Under the pieces are notes generated by a model. That model searched no databases. It worked only from the letters and a program-made list of their open reading frames with translations, and was not told the origin of the DNA. The position numbers and the translations under genes are program-made. Positions 1 to 9,102 of a stretch of 64,000 nucleotides of DNA are shown here, piece by piece; position 1 is the first letter of the stretch, and every line of letters starts with the position of its first letter. The DNA is from an uncultured Chloroflexota bacterium (lineage in GTDB: Bacteria; Chloroflexota; UBA11872; VXNJ01): NCBI GenBank assembly GCA_913043205.1, contig CAJWLF010000012.1, positions 7,101-71,100 on the forward strand, in the 5' to 3' direction.

Positions 1-913
1 CTAGAGCCCCATTGCGGATACTTTTGTCTGGATCTTTAACCAGTTGTTCAGGGCTTATATCGTTAATTCTGCCTAAGCCCTTGCAAGTGCCACAAGACCC
101 TCGTCGACTATTGAAACTAAAGGTGGAGGGTTCTGGAGGTTCTGTGCTCGCCCCACAATTAGGGCAACCATAACTAGCGCTGTAAAGGAAGTCGCCGTCT
201 GCCGTGCCTAAGATCACAAGTCCATTAGCTAGTTCCATAGCTGATTCCACAGAGTCAGTTATTCGTTCGATGGGAGACGTATCAATGCGTATCCGGTCGA
301 CAATTACATCTATGTCATGCCAGTGTGTACGGGATAATTCTGGAAGTGGTTCGAATCGAGTTAGTTCACCATCTATGCGTGCTCTGACGAACCCTGCAGC
401 TCTTAGTTGTGTCATCAACTCACGATGCTCACCTTTTCTATGTCGTACTACTGGGGCGAAAATCGTTGCGAAATTATCTCCGGGCAGATTGATAATATTG
501 TCAACAATCTGTTGGGAAGTTTGAGGTTCTATAACTGTGTCGCACACGTGACAATGTACGTTCCCAATCCTGGCGTAAAGTAGCCTTAAATAGTCGCTAA
601 TTTCCGTGATAGTCCCTACAGTGGAACGGGGATTACGGCTGACAGTTCTCTGGTCTATGGCGGCGGCTGGAGCTAATCCCTCTATATGGTCTACTTTTGG
701 CTTTTCCATCTGGCCCAGAAATTGACGCGCATATGCCGATAAGGACTCTACGTAGCGTCTTTGGCCTTCTTTGAATATCGTATCAAAGGCTAAAGAAGAT
801 TTGCCCGATCCACTTAAACCGGTGATGACGGTCAAAGATTCGTGATCGATATCCAGATCGACGTTCTTAAGATTGTGCTCGCTGGCACCGCGCACACTTA
901 TCTTATGGGACAT
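1..913 (-). CDS. uvrA: Excinuclease ABC subunit A (UvrA), N-terminal part; the gene runs off the window start
   Basis: Not in the ORF track because it is open-ended. My minus-strand translation from the ATG at 911-913 gives MSHKISVRGASEHNLKNVDLDIDHESLTVITGLSGSGKSSLAFDTIFKEGQRRYVESLSAYARQFLGQMEKPKVD.... This shows the UvrA N-terminal Walker A (GLSGSGKSS) followed by zinc-module cysteines (CHVC, CPNCG, CGTCKG). Confidence 0.9.
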   Translation of the reverse strand, partial: MSHKISVRGASEHNLKNVDLDIDHESLTVITGLSGSGKSSLAFDTIFKEGQRRYVESLSAYARQFLGQMEKPKVDHIEGLAPAAAIDQRTVSRNPRSTVGTITEISDYLRLLYARIGNVHCHVCDTVIEPQTSQQIVDNIINLPGDNFATIFAPVVRHRKGEHRELMTQLRAAGFVRARIDGELTRFEPLPELSRTHWHDIDVIVDRIRIDTSPIERITDSVESAMELANGLVILGTADGDFLYSASYGCPNCGASTEPPEPSTFSFNSRRGSCGTCKGLGRINDISPEQLVKDPDKSIRNGAL

Positions 914-971
914 AGTCGAACGCCCTTTTTTGTTTCAAATATACTACTCGGCCATTTAGTACTAGCTGGTT

Positions 972-1000
972 ATTTTCAACTGCAAGCAACCTAGTGTCAA
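972..1000 (-). promoter_or_regulatory. Candidate sigma70-type promoter for uvrA
   Basis: The minus strand reads TTGACA (995-1000), a 17-nt spacer, then GAAAAT (972-977), about 60 nt upstream of the uvrA ATG. Sequence match only. Confidence 0.25.
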
Positions 1001-1053
1001 AAATTGATACCAGGAAATCGGAATCATTATGCGGAGGATGGTGGTTTAACCGG

Positions 1054-1239
1054 TTACGCCGGCGGCCTAGATTGTATGTTGCCGCATCTCTCGCAGGCCC
1101 AATAGTTTGTGGTTTTCAGCCCAAACATGGACTTCTTTTCACCGTATCTTATGCTGTTTCGCACATGGCAAACCGTACATTCGGCTACGATTTTATCTCC
1201 TACTTTGGGTGTTGGCGACTGTGCCTTATTGTTAGACAT
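1054..1239 (-). CDS. Small C4 zinc-ribbon protein (61 aa), function unknown
   Basis: CxxC...CxxC pattern (CTVCH ... CERCG). A strong Shine-Dalgarno (AAGGGAGGAAGAAG) lies directly upstream of the ATG on the minus strand. Confidence 0.5.
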   Translation of the reverse strand: MSNNKAQSPTPKVGDKIVAECTVCHVRNSIRYGEKKSMFGLKTTNYWACERCGNIQSRPPA

Positions 1240-1429
1240 CTTCTTCCTCCCTTATTTGAATACAGTTGTCATCATTTGGCATGCTATCACGAAATTTGTG
1301 TGATTGGAGTGTTAGATGGTTGGATTACACGGCATTATTGCTTAAGATCTTGCGGTGCTATTTGCGTAATGGGTTGATGTGTTTGATGCATATGGCTTGT
1401 TATAGAAGTGATTCGGAGCGTATTTCCTC

Positions 1430-1723
1430 GTGTCTGTAGATATAAGAATCCCTCGTGTTCTGAGGGGGCATACTGGTGGACAGGCCATAGTGTCTCTCGA
1501 TGCGGATAATGTTTCTGATTTGCTAGAAAAATTATTTGTTGAGCATCCAGCTCTTCGCAATTCTCTTGTCGGTGATTCAGGAGACGTGTTGCAGTATACG
1601 AGCCTATTTATTAATGATACTGAAGTTAATGAAATAGGCGGGTTAAATGCTGGGGTTGTGGATGGGGATGTGGTAACGATTCTGCCTTCGATGGCAGGAG
1701 GAACTTTCGAATATTTGAGTTAG
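1430..1723 (+). CDS. ThiS/MoaD-family (CysO-like) ubiquitin-fold sulfur-carrier protein with a C-terminal extension after Gly-Gly
   Basis: N-terminal IPRVLRGHTGGQ and C-terminal GDVVTILPSMAGG match the CysO/MoaD beta-grasp pattern. GG is followed by TFEYLS before the stop. GTG start. Confidence 0.7.
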   Translation: MSVDIRIPRVLRGHTGGQAIVSLDADNVSDLLEKLFVEHPALRNSLVGDSGDVLQYTSLFINDTEVNEIGGLNAGVVDGDVVTILPSMAGGTFEYLS

Positions 1724-1728
1724 TTTGA

Positions 1729-2514
1729 TTATTCGGGTAAATCAGCTCGATTTAGGGTGCCCTTTTGGGCAACCAAGTTGTTTGTTTCTAGATAAGAGGC
1801 GATAGACTCTCCTCCATCAGCCCAGAATCCATCCAAGACTGAGTAATGCATGTTCCCTTTTCGAACGTAGTGGTTGTTGACGTCGGTTATTTCCAGCTCT
1901 CCTCTTCCAGACGGCGTCAAATCTTCAACAACTTGAAACACTGAGGAGTCAAAAAAGTAATATCCAGTAGCAATAAGGTTTGATTTTGGGTTTTCGGGCT
2001 TTTCTATAATTTCTGTTATGCGATCCTCGTGTAGTTCTACGACGCCATAAGAAGATGGGTTTGACACCTCCTTCAGGATTAATCGTGCCCCTCCCCGCTG
2101 ATCACGAAATTCATTGGCTGCTTCTGAGAGGCTACTTTCTATGATGTTGTCTCCGAGTATTACTAATACATCGTCTGCCCCGACGAACTCTCTTGCTAAT
2201 CCTAAAGCTTGGGCAATCCCTCCTGCTTCCTGTTGATATGCGTATTGAAGTCGGTTAAATCCAAATTGTTTTCCGTCACCCAGCAGCGGCAAGAAGGACC
2301 CAGCACTTTGTCCTCCTGTGACCAACATTACTTCTGTTACCCCTGCATCAGCTAATGTTGCCAGTGGGTAGTAGATCATGGGTCGGTTATATACCGGGAG
2401 AAGATGTTTATTGGTTACGGAGGTCAGAGGATAGAGTCGACTTCCCGTTCCTCCAGCTAGTACAACACCCTTTAAGTTTCTAATTTTGTTTTCCCTGCCC
2501 TCTTGAATGTTCAA
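1729..2514 (-). CDS. Sugar-phosphate nucleotidyltransferase, glucose-1-phosphate thymidylyltransferase (RmlA)-like short form
   Basis: GVVLAGGTGSRLYPLTSVTNKHLLPVYNRPMIYYPL and VLILGDNI motifs. The TTG start overlaps the ftsY 3' end by 35 nt, so the start is uncertain. Confidence 0.8.
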   Translation of the reverse strand: MNIQEGRENKIRNLKGVVLAGGTGSRLYPLTSVTNKHLLPVYNRPMIYYPLATLADAGVTEVMLVTGGQSAGSFLPLLGDGKQFGFNRLQYAYQQEAGGIAQALGLAREFVGADDVLVILGDNIIESSLSEAANEFRDQRGGARLILKEVSNPSSYGVVELHEDRITEIIEKPENPKSNLIATGYYFFDSSVFQVVEDLTPSGRGELEITDVNNHYVRKGNMHYSVLDGFWADGGESIASYLETNNLVAQKGTLNRADLPE

Positions 2515-3445
2515 GTAATGCGTCTACGAATATAATTGGATCAAATGTAGCTAGGTCATCTATTCCTTCGCCGGTCCCTACGAATTTTATAGGAACCTTT
2601 AATTGTCTGACCACGCCAAACGCCACCCCACCTTTTGCTGACCCATCTAATTTTGTCAGGATTACACCAGTAGTTCCAATTTCATTGCAGAATTTTTCGG
2701 CTTGGGCTAATCCATTTTGCCCGCTCATTCCGTCTAATACCAGTAGAACCTCGTGAGGGGCACCTTCAATACATCGGTTGAGCACGCGGGATACCTTATC
2801 AAGCTCTGCCATTAGATTCGAGTTTGTGTGTAGGCGGCCTGCGGTGTCTACGATCAAAAAATCTGCTTTGTGTGCTATTGCCGCTGTTGCAGCGTCATAT
2901 GCGACAGCACCGGGGTCAGACCCTTGCTGATGCGCGATCACTCTGACACTGAGTTGATTTCCCCAATATTGTATTTGCTCTATAGCCCCAGCACGGAAAG
3001 TATCACCGGCTGCTAGCATCACAACTTTACCGTTGGATGCTAAAGAATGAGCTAGCTTTGCCAGTGTAGTGGTTTTTCCTGATCCATTTACGCCAACTAC
3101 CATGATCACGCAGGGAAGTTCTGTAATGGGACTAGAGTCCTGGCTAACTTCTAGACTGCTAATCAATTCAGCCCGCAATTCCTCCAGCATCGCTGTTGCA
3201 TCATTAATGCCTAGTTTGTCGACCTTATTTTGAAGTTGGTCGACGATTTCAAATGCAAACTGAGGTCCAGTGTCACCCTGCAGCAACAGCTCTTCAATCT
3301 GTTCCCATTCTTGGTTACTGATGGCTGACCGAGAGAAGATGGCGGCAAGCTTAGATCCAAAACTATTTCTAGAGCTGGCGACACTTTCCCGTAAGCGTTT
3401 TTCTGCCAATTTAGACTTCAGGTGTTTCAACATATTATCCACCAC
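2480..3445 (-). CDS. ftsY: Signal recognition particle receptor FtsY
   Basis: SRP GTPase motifs GVNGSGKTTTLAKLA, DTAGRLH and TKLDGSAKGG. Confidence 0.92.
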   Translation of the reverse strand: MVDNMLKHLKSKLAEKRLRESVASSRNSFGSKLAAIFSRSAISNQEWEQIEELLLQGDTGPQFAFEIVDQLQNKVDKLGINDATAMLEELRAELISSLEVSQDSSPITELPCVIMVVGVNGSGKTTTLAKLAHSLASNGKVVMLAAGDTFRAGAIEQIQYWGNQLSVRVIAHQQGSDPGAVAYDAATAAIAHKADFLIVDTAGRLHTNSNLMAELDKVSRVLNRCIEGAPHEVLLVLDGMSGQNGLAQAEKFCNEIGTTGVILTKLDGSAKGGVAFGVVRQLKVPIKFVGTGEGIDDLATFDPIIFVDALLEHSRGQGKQN

Positions 3446-3457
3446 TCTGAAGTTGAA

Positions 3458-4333
3458 TCATCGGGCTCTGCCTGTGTCGACGACGGGTGGTTTAGTTCTG
3501 TTGTCGCGAGGTAGAAAAAGACCGATTTCTGCTGCTGAAACGTATTCACCGTCGCCATGAGTAGAGAGAATGACCAGTTTGACTTGCCGGACCGGCTTAA
3601 GTGTGGATAACGGGAAGATATGCTCTGTGGGATCAGACGGGTTCTCGAAAGCTCCCAGCAATACCATTTCGGATTCTACTGAGCTAGCAGCATAAATCTC
3701 AAAAGATTTTATGTAAGTATTGACATCCTCCTCTGGGTGGTTCCAAATTATAATTCTGTCGAGTATCCGATCGGTGTTTGCGTCAAATATGATAGATATT
3801 GGTAGCCTAGTTGTAGCTGATCGCCACGATGGTACTTGGTGGTCGGGAAGACCGTCAATGAGCCTTGCTGAAGTGTGTGGATATGGATAGCTCGGTCTAT
3901 TTACTTGCACTGTCCCTCCGTTGATAGTTTCAGCAAAATCGAAGCCCTGATTGCCAAGGTTGAAATTTTGAGTAAACCCGACCCTGGCTCTTCGGATTAT
4001 TTCGAAGTCTACGGTGGCATCTCCAAAGTACGATGACGCTAAATATATGTATCCACCAATAAATGCGAATACAACCAATAGGACGATTGATCCGGCTCGA
4101 TAATCAGCAGATACAATCTTTTTGTATATGTTTGAGGCGGTTAGACGTTTTCCCTGTCGTATGCGTTCGGCGGCTTGAGCTTCATTGCTACACTTCGGAC
4201 AAAGAAGATTACTGTCGTGCTCCGTAATGGCTTGTTCCGAAAAGAAACCACGGCAGCGCTCACACTGCTCGGTAGCGTTCGATTGCGGGAAGTAAGGGCA
4301 TCTATTCAGTTGTGTTAAGGGCCGCCTTGACAC
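3458..4333 (-). CDS. Membrane-anchored protein: N-terminal zinc ribbon, one TM helix, C-terminal discoidin (F5/8 type C)-like domain
   Basis: CERCRG...CPKCSNE, then the hydrophobic stretch IVLLVVFAFIGGYIYL. The C-terminus (SWRS...ISIIFD...YIKSFEIYAASS...VKLVILSTHGDGEYVSAAEIGLF) resembles the galactose-binding/discoidin pattern. Confidence 0.55.
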   Translation of the reverse strand: MSRRPLTQLNRCPYFPQSNATEQCERCRGFFSEQAITEHDSNLLCPKCSNEAQAAERIRQGKRLTASNIYKKIVSADYRAGSIVLLVVFAFIGGYIYLASSYFGDATVDFEIIRRARVGFTQNFNLGNQGFDFAETINGGTVQVNRPSYPYPHTSARLIDGLPDHQVPSWRSATTRLPISIIFDANTDRILDRIIIWNHPEEDVNTYIKSFEIYAASSVESEMVLLGAFENPSDPTEHIFPLSTLKPVRQVKLVILSTHGDGEYVSAAEIGLFLPRDNRTKPPVVDTGRAR

Positions 4334-4406
4334 CAGGTGCTTCCAGACAGTTCTTCAATACCTATCCGTTAATTTACCCTGAATCTATCCAGCGTGTCTG
4401 GGTTTA

Positions 4407-4676
4407 TTACTTACGCGAGGAGTGATTAAGGTCTACAACTGGCTCATTCATATAGACTTCACCGTTACGGATTTTTAAGTTGTACCGGCAGCCTGGATTG
4501 GTACAAACCCAAGCCTTCCAATGCACTGCTGCCCCTTGTCCTCCGAAGTCCGATAACGGTACTAAAGATCCTGTTTCACATGATTGGCAAGCTGGGAAAT
4601 TTGATTCTGATTCGTCCACCACCGCACCTCTTTTTTTGCGATTGGTGTTGATGACAGTAACGATTGATGTCATCAA
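4407..4676 (-). CDS. Small zinc-finger protein (89 aa), topoisomerase-type C4 finger-like
   Basis: CQSC-x22-CTNPGC, with the pattern ...WKAWVCTNPGCRY resembling topo-I type C4 fingers. Basic N-terminus. Confidence 0.45.
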   Translation of the reverse strand: MMTSIVTVINTNRKKRGAVVDESESNFPACQSCETGSLVPLSDFGGQGAAVHWKAWVCTNPGCRYNLKIRNGEVYMNEPVVDLNHSSRK

Positions 4677-4816
4677 ACATGATTATCCGTAGTTTGTGAA
4701 ATCGTGCACAAACTGTCGAGAACTATAGCGGGGCTAGCGACGTTTGGTCAATGATTTTTTCATCGGTGCTGTGAGCTGGGACTGTAAAGGCTTTAGGCCG
4801 TCAGCGATAACACCGT

Positions 4817-6124
4817 CTAAATGTCGGATCCCTCATAGGCTGCGTCTAAGAATTCTGCTATGTGAACTATTTTCACATCCTGATTCCGTCGGTTTAGTCC
4901 AGCTGCTATATGGGATTGACATCCTGGGTTAGTCGTTATTATGTGTGTTGCATGGGATGATTCAATCGAGTCCAGTTTCTCATCTAGAATTTGTAGCGAT
5001 AGATCAGTGTTGATTGCACTATAGACACCAGCACTTCCGCAACATAAATGTGGCTGATCCAGATCTACAACAGTGGTCCCTGACACTCTAGAAATTAAAT
5101 CACGTGGTTGCGCTGTAATGCCTTGTGCATGTCGCAAATGACAAGCATCTTGATAAGCAACACGTGCATCAATTTTATTCGGAGGGGTCTGTATTCCTAT
5201 ATGTGCAAGCCACTCCGAAAAGTCATAAACTTTCTTCGATACTCTGTCTGCGACTTCAGAGAATTCAGGGTCCTGTTGAAGTAAATCAGCCCAAGATTTC
5301 ATAGTTGATCCGCACCCTGCTGAATTTACCACGATTGCATCATATTTTGGGTCATCGAACGCAACTAGGTTACGTTTTGCCCAAGTCCGTGCTGTGGCCC
5401 GATCTCCATTGTGGTAATTTAGGGCCCCACAGCATATCTGATCTTTGGGCAGATGCACCTCGCATCCATTTCTCGCTAGTACTCGTAGTGATGCTTCGTG
5501 AACATGTGTAAATGCCACACTCATAATGCACCCTGACAAAAACCCAACTGTATATTGTGGTTTTCCTAATGCGGGTACATGTGACATGGTTTTCGGATGA
5601 ATGAAATAGCTTGATATTGCGGGGGTCAAACCCTCCATTAATCGAAGACGTTCGGGCAGCATATCTAATATAAGATCCCTAAATCCTGACCGTTGATAAG
5701 CACGCAACATTTTTGCTGTAGATCGAAGTAACCAGGGGTTTCCAAATAAATGTTTCATTATTCGATTGGCGATCTTAATGCCACGTGGCTCCCTTCCAAC
5801 CTGATTTGCTTGAGTTCTAGCTGCCTCAAGAATAGATCCATATTCAACCCCGGAAGGGCAAGCACTCTCGCAGCCATGACAGTCCAGGCACAGAAACATA
5901 TGTTTCTGAAAAGACTCATCGTTTAGTGAAAGATGACCCTTATTGACAGCGTTTATTAGTTGAATACGTCCTCTGGGAGAATCCATTTCCACTCTTAGTA
6001 CCCGGTAGGTAGGGCATTCGTTCAGACATAATCCGCAGTGAATACATGTGTCGACGACATTGCTATCTGGAGCGTCGAAATCAGAGAACCCTATGAATTC
6101 TTTTGGCTTCATTGAGTCAAACAT
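4817..6124 (-). CDS. glcF: Glycolate oxidase iron-sulfur subunit GlcF
   Basis: Two 4Fe-4S ferredoxin motifs (CIHCGLCLNECPTY, CLDCHGCESACPSG) plus two CCG-type cysteine-rich motifs (ICCGA, HLCCGSAG). Adjacent to glcE. Confidence 0.8.
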   Translation of the reverse strand: MFDSMKPKEFIGFSDFDAPDSNVVDTCIHCGLCLNECPTYRVLRVEMDSPRGRIQLINAVNKGHLSLNDESFQKHMFLCLDCHGCESACPSGVEYGSILEAARTQANQVGREPRGIKIANRIMKHLFGNPWLLRSTAKMLRAYQRSGFRDLILDMLPERLRLMEGLTPAISSYFIHPKTMSHVPALGKPQYTVGFLSGCIMSVAFTHVHEASLRVLARNGCEVHLPKDQICCGALNYHNGDRATARTWAKRNLVAFDDPKYDAIVVNSAGCGSTMKSWADLLQQDPEFSEVADRVSKKVYDFSEWLAHIGIQTPPNKIDARVAYQDACHLRHAQGITAQPRDLISRVSGTTVVDLDQPHLCCGSAGVYSAINTDLSLQILDEKLDSIESSHATHIITTNPGCQSHIAAGLNRRNQDVKIVHIAEFLDAAYEGSDI

Positions 6125-6133
6125 CGTACAAAA

Positions 6134-7513
6134 CTAAACCCCCGTGACAAATCTGCCGGGATTGACCGTGAACGTAGGATCAAACTTGTTTCTCATCAAT
6201 TGCATCAGATTTAGAGCGTTTGGGTCTAGTGATTCTCCCCACGTAGAAAGTTGCTGCTTTAAGGTATTTCCACAGCTTTCTATCACAAGCGCGCCTCCTA
6301 GTGTTTCCACCGTATGCCTAATGTCGGTTACTGTGTTTACGAGTTTGTTTAAGGGTGAACCATTCACTGCTTCAAATGATACGTATAATATTCCGTTAAA
6401 TGCGTTTGCCCAGGCCTCTACCTCGACATGGATGTTCCTCGAGCGATTAAATATATCATTCATCAATTTGGCGAGTTGTGAGGGTAACACAGTGATTCGA
6501 CACAGTGTCGCCCCATTTTCTACAGATGCTTCGTATAGCTGATCCTGGTGGCTCCAAGGATTAATCTGAGTCTCGTCATCGCTGCCACTGAACTTGGCCT
6601 CCAGAGAGTCGATGTTATTGGCAATGACTTGTGTGCTCAACAACTGTTGCTCTACGGCTTCCGCCCTGCCGGAGAAGCGGATTGATAATTGATACATGGG
6701 ACTAGTTGAACCTGGACCTAGAAGTCCGACTGATTCTGGTTGAAGAGTTGAATATACGAGTGAACTGAGTATTTGTTCTGCCGTTGAGGAGGCTGTAAAT
6801 TCAAACGTAATTGTTGATGATAGTTCTGGCTTGGGTTGGAGTTTGAAATTTGCCTCAGTTAGTATTCCAAGTGTTCCTAGCGATCCTACATACAACTTGC
6901 CTAGGTCATAGCCTGTTACGTTCTTAACGACCATACCGCCCGCTTGAGTTAATTCCCCGTTACTGTGGGCTGCACGGGTTCCAATTAGCATATCTCGAGC
7001 GCTACCGTATCCTGTTATTTGAGGACCAATAGCGTTTGTGGATATTATTCCGCCAATTGTTGATAAAGACTTGAAAGGCGGGTCCAATGGAAGAAATTGG
7101 CCCGACCGATCTAGCGTTTCTTGGAGGTCTCTAAGGGAAATGCCTGCTTCAACTGAAACAGTCATGTCGGCCGGCTCGTATTGGAGGATTTTGTTCAAGT
7201 TGGTTGTTCGTAGGGCAACGTCATAGGAACTCGGTATGTCTCCAAATGCCAATTTGGTGCCTCCACCAATTGGTATTACGTAGGCATCGTTATCCCGACA
7301 TAGGCGCAACACTAAGGCAACTTCTTCAGGGGTTTGAGGCTCTACAACGATGGAAGCTGTTAGGCCATCTACAGTTGGCGTCTGCTCATCGCTCCAATAA
7401 ACATGTGTTTTATCTAGTTCGCGTTCTAAGTTATGGAATAATTTGTCGATGTTTGGTGCTAGGTTTGAAGGCCTCAAGTCTCTATCCTTGTACAGCTGAC
7501 TGATGTCAGTCAC
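6134..7513 (-). CDS. glcE: Glycolate oxidase FAD-binding subunit GlcE
   Basis: FAD-binding PCMH-type N-terminus (VIPIGGGTKL). Operon position upstream of glcF. Confidence 0.75.
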   Translation of the reverse strand: MTDISQLYKDRDLRPSNLAPNIDKLFHNLERELDKTHVYWSDEQTPTVDGLTASIVVEPQTPEEVALVLRLCRDNDAYVIPIGGGTKLAFGDIPSSYDVALRTTNLNKILQYEPADMTVSVEAGISLRDLQETLDRSGQFLPLDPPFKSLSTIGGIISTNAIGPQITGYGSARDMLIGTRAAHSNGELTQAGGMVVKNVTGYDLGKLYVGSLGTLGILTEANFKLQPKPELSSTITFEFTASSTAEQILSSLVYSTLQPESVGLLGPGSTSPMYQLSIRFSGRAEAVEQQLLSTQVIANNIDSLEAKFSGSDDETQINPWSHQDQLYEASVENGATLCRITVLPSQLAKLMNDIFNRSRNIHVEVEAWANAFNGILYVSFEAVNGSPLNKLVNTVTDIRHTVETLGGALVIESCGNTLKQQLSTWGESLDPNALNLMQLMRNKFDPTFTVNPGRFVTGV

Positions 7514-7560
7514 ATGTGACTTTAGCGTGCTAATTGCACGTTACCAATCACATTAGCTAG

Positions 7561-8436
7561 GTGAATATATTGGAAATTGTAAGATCTGTAGCAAATCTTA
7601 AGGATTCCTTAGCAAATAATTCCGAATTGAAAATGGGAGTGGTGCCGACGATGGGGGCGCTTCATAAGGGGCATAAGGCCTTACTTGATGTAGCAAGGAA
7701 AGAATGTAAATTTATGGTAGCCACCTCATTTGTCAACCCGTTGCAATTTGGTCGTGAAGCAGACTTATCTTCATATCCACGCAGTAGAGATGAGGACATG
7801 ACTATTTTTGAACAAGCTGGCACTGATCTGGTCTGGGAGCCATCGTTTACTGACGTTTATCCTGATCAGTTTGAAACGCGTGTAAAGATGGGTGTGTTTG
7901 CTGAGAAGTTGGAGGGAATTTATCGCCCGAATCATTTCGATGGGGTGGCGACTATTTTGTGCAAAATATTCAATTTAATTAGGCCGCACATGGCTTACTT
8001 TGGCCAAAAAGACTGGCAACAGACACGTGTTGTGCAGAAGTTAATTTACGATTTAAATTTTGATGTTGAATTGCGCGTAATAGGTACTGTCCGTGATACG
8101 GATGGGTTGGCGGTGAGTAGTAGAAATAGATTGTTGCTGCCTGAGCAACGTAGTAGTGCGACCAAATTGTATAAGGCTTTGAAAGTTGGTATTCATTCCT
8201 TCCAGCATGGTGAGCTAGACTGCGATATTCTGCGGAAAAAAATGTTGGATGTTCTGATTCCGGATGAAGACGTCAGGGTGGAGTATCTAAGTATTGCGGA
8301 TGCGTTTGAATTGGTTGAATTGAAGAAGATCAGAGGTCCTGCGGTGTTTAGTGGTGCAGTGTGGATTGATAAAGTGCGCCTGATAGACAATGTTTTGTGT
8401 GGGGTTGATATTGAAGGATTAGTCGATGCGACTTGA
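7561..8436 (+). CDS. panC: Pantoate--beta-alanine ligase
   Basis: VPTMGALHKGHKALL, NPLQFG and GQKDWQQ motifs. GTG start. Confidence 0.9.
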   Translation: MNILEIVRSVANLKDSLANNSELKMGVVPTMGALHKGHKALLDVARKECKFMVATSFVNPLQFGREADLSSYPRSRDEDMTIFEQAGTDLVWEPSFTDVYPDQFETRVKMGVFAEKLEGIYRPNHFDGVATILCKIFNLIRPHMAYFGQKDWQQTRVVQKLIYDLNFDVELRVIGTVRDTDGLAVSSRNRLLLPEQRSSATKLYKALKVGIHSFQHGELDCDILRKKMLDVLIPDEDVRVEYLSIADAFELVELKKIRGPAVFSGAVWIDKVRLIDNVLCGVDIEGLVDAT

Positions 8437-9055
8437 TCTTTTCCCGTTAAATACAGTTTTGCTTCCGTCAGCGAAGATGCCTTTGCACATTTTCGAAGAC
8501 CGATACTTGGAACTGATAAAAGACTGTGTGTCAAGGTCCAAGCCATTGGGGATTGTATTGATTAAAGCTGGAAGTGCGGAAGAGGGGCTGGATATAGATA
8601 TCTACGATATCGGTACGATTGCAGATGTGATTGAATGTGACGCCAATATGGATGGCACTATGGATATAGTCGTACAAGGCCGTCAGCGATTTCAGGTTGT
8701 GGAATTAGTCAAGCGTTTACCACGTGTAATTGCTGATGTGGAATTAGTTGAATGGGGAGACCGGGTGATGAATGGTGATGTTCTGCGAGAATTGCAAACG
8801 GCTTTTGAGTCTTATTTGCAGGTGGTATTGGCGGTGGCTGGACAATGGCAACGTCAATTTCGTTTACCAGAGAGGCCCAGCGATCTGACGAGCTTAATCT
8901 TCAAGTTGTTGCAAGTCACCGTAGAGGAACGACAGAAACTATTGGAATGTGCAGGGATTGAAGAGTTGATCTGTTTAGAACTTAAAATTTTGCGCCGGGA
9001 TCTACCTAGGCTAGAGACTCGATTAGGCACTATGTCCAGAAGGAGTTTGAACTAG
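8426..9055 (+). CDS. Stand-alone LON N-terminal (substrate-binding) domain protein
   Basis: LFPLNTVLLPSAKMPLHIFEDRYLELI... is typical of the Lon N-domain family. No AAA+ or protease domain. The start overlaps panC by 11 nt. Confidence 0.75.
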   Translation: MRLDLFPLNTVLLPSAKMPLHIFEDRYLELIKDCVSRSKPLGIVLIKAGSAEEGLDIDIYDIGTIADVIECDANMDGTMDIVVQGRQRFQVVELVKRLPRVIADVELVEWGDRVMNGDVLRELQTAFESYLQVVLAVAGQWQRQFRLPERPSDLTSLIFKLLQVTVEERQKLLECAGIEELICLELKILRRDLPRLETRLGTMSRRSLN

Positions 9056-9102
9056 ATGGCGAAATTTATATCGGCTGGTTGTAAGAAACGCCCTGTGCCC
9101 GA

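Noticed and set aside
994-1377. 127-aa (+) ORF and the nested 1109-1303 (+) ORF in the uvrA/carrier spacer
   Set aside because: Both are antisense to or overlapping the 61-aa zinc-ribbon ORF, which has a strong RBS. Neither has an RBS, and both have Cys/Leu/Arg-rich low-complexity composition typical of shadow frames.
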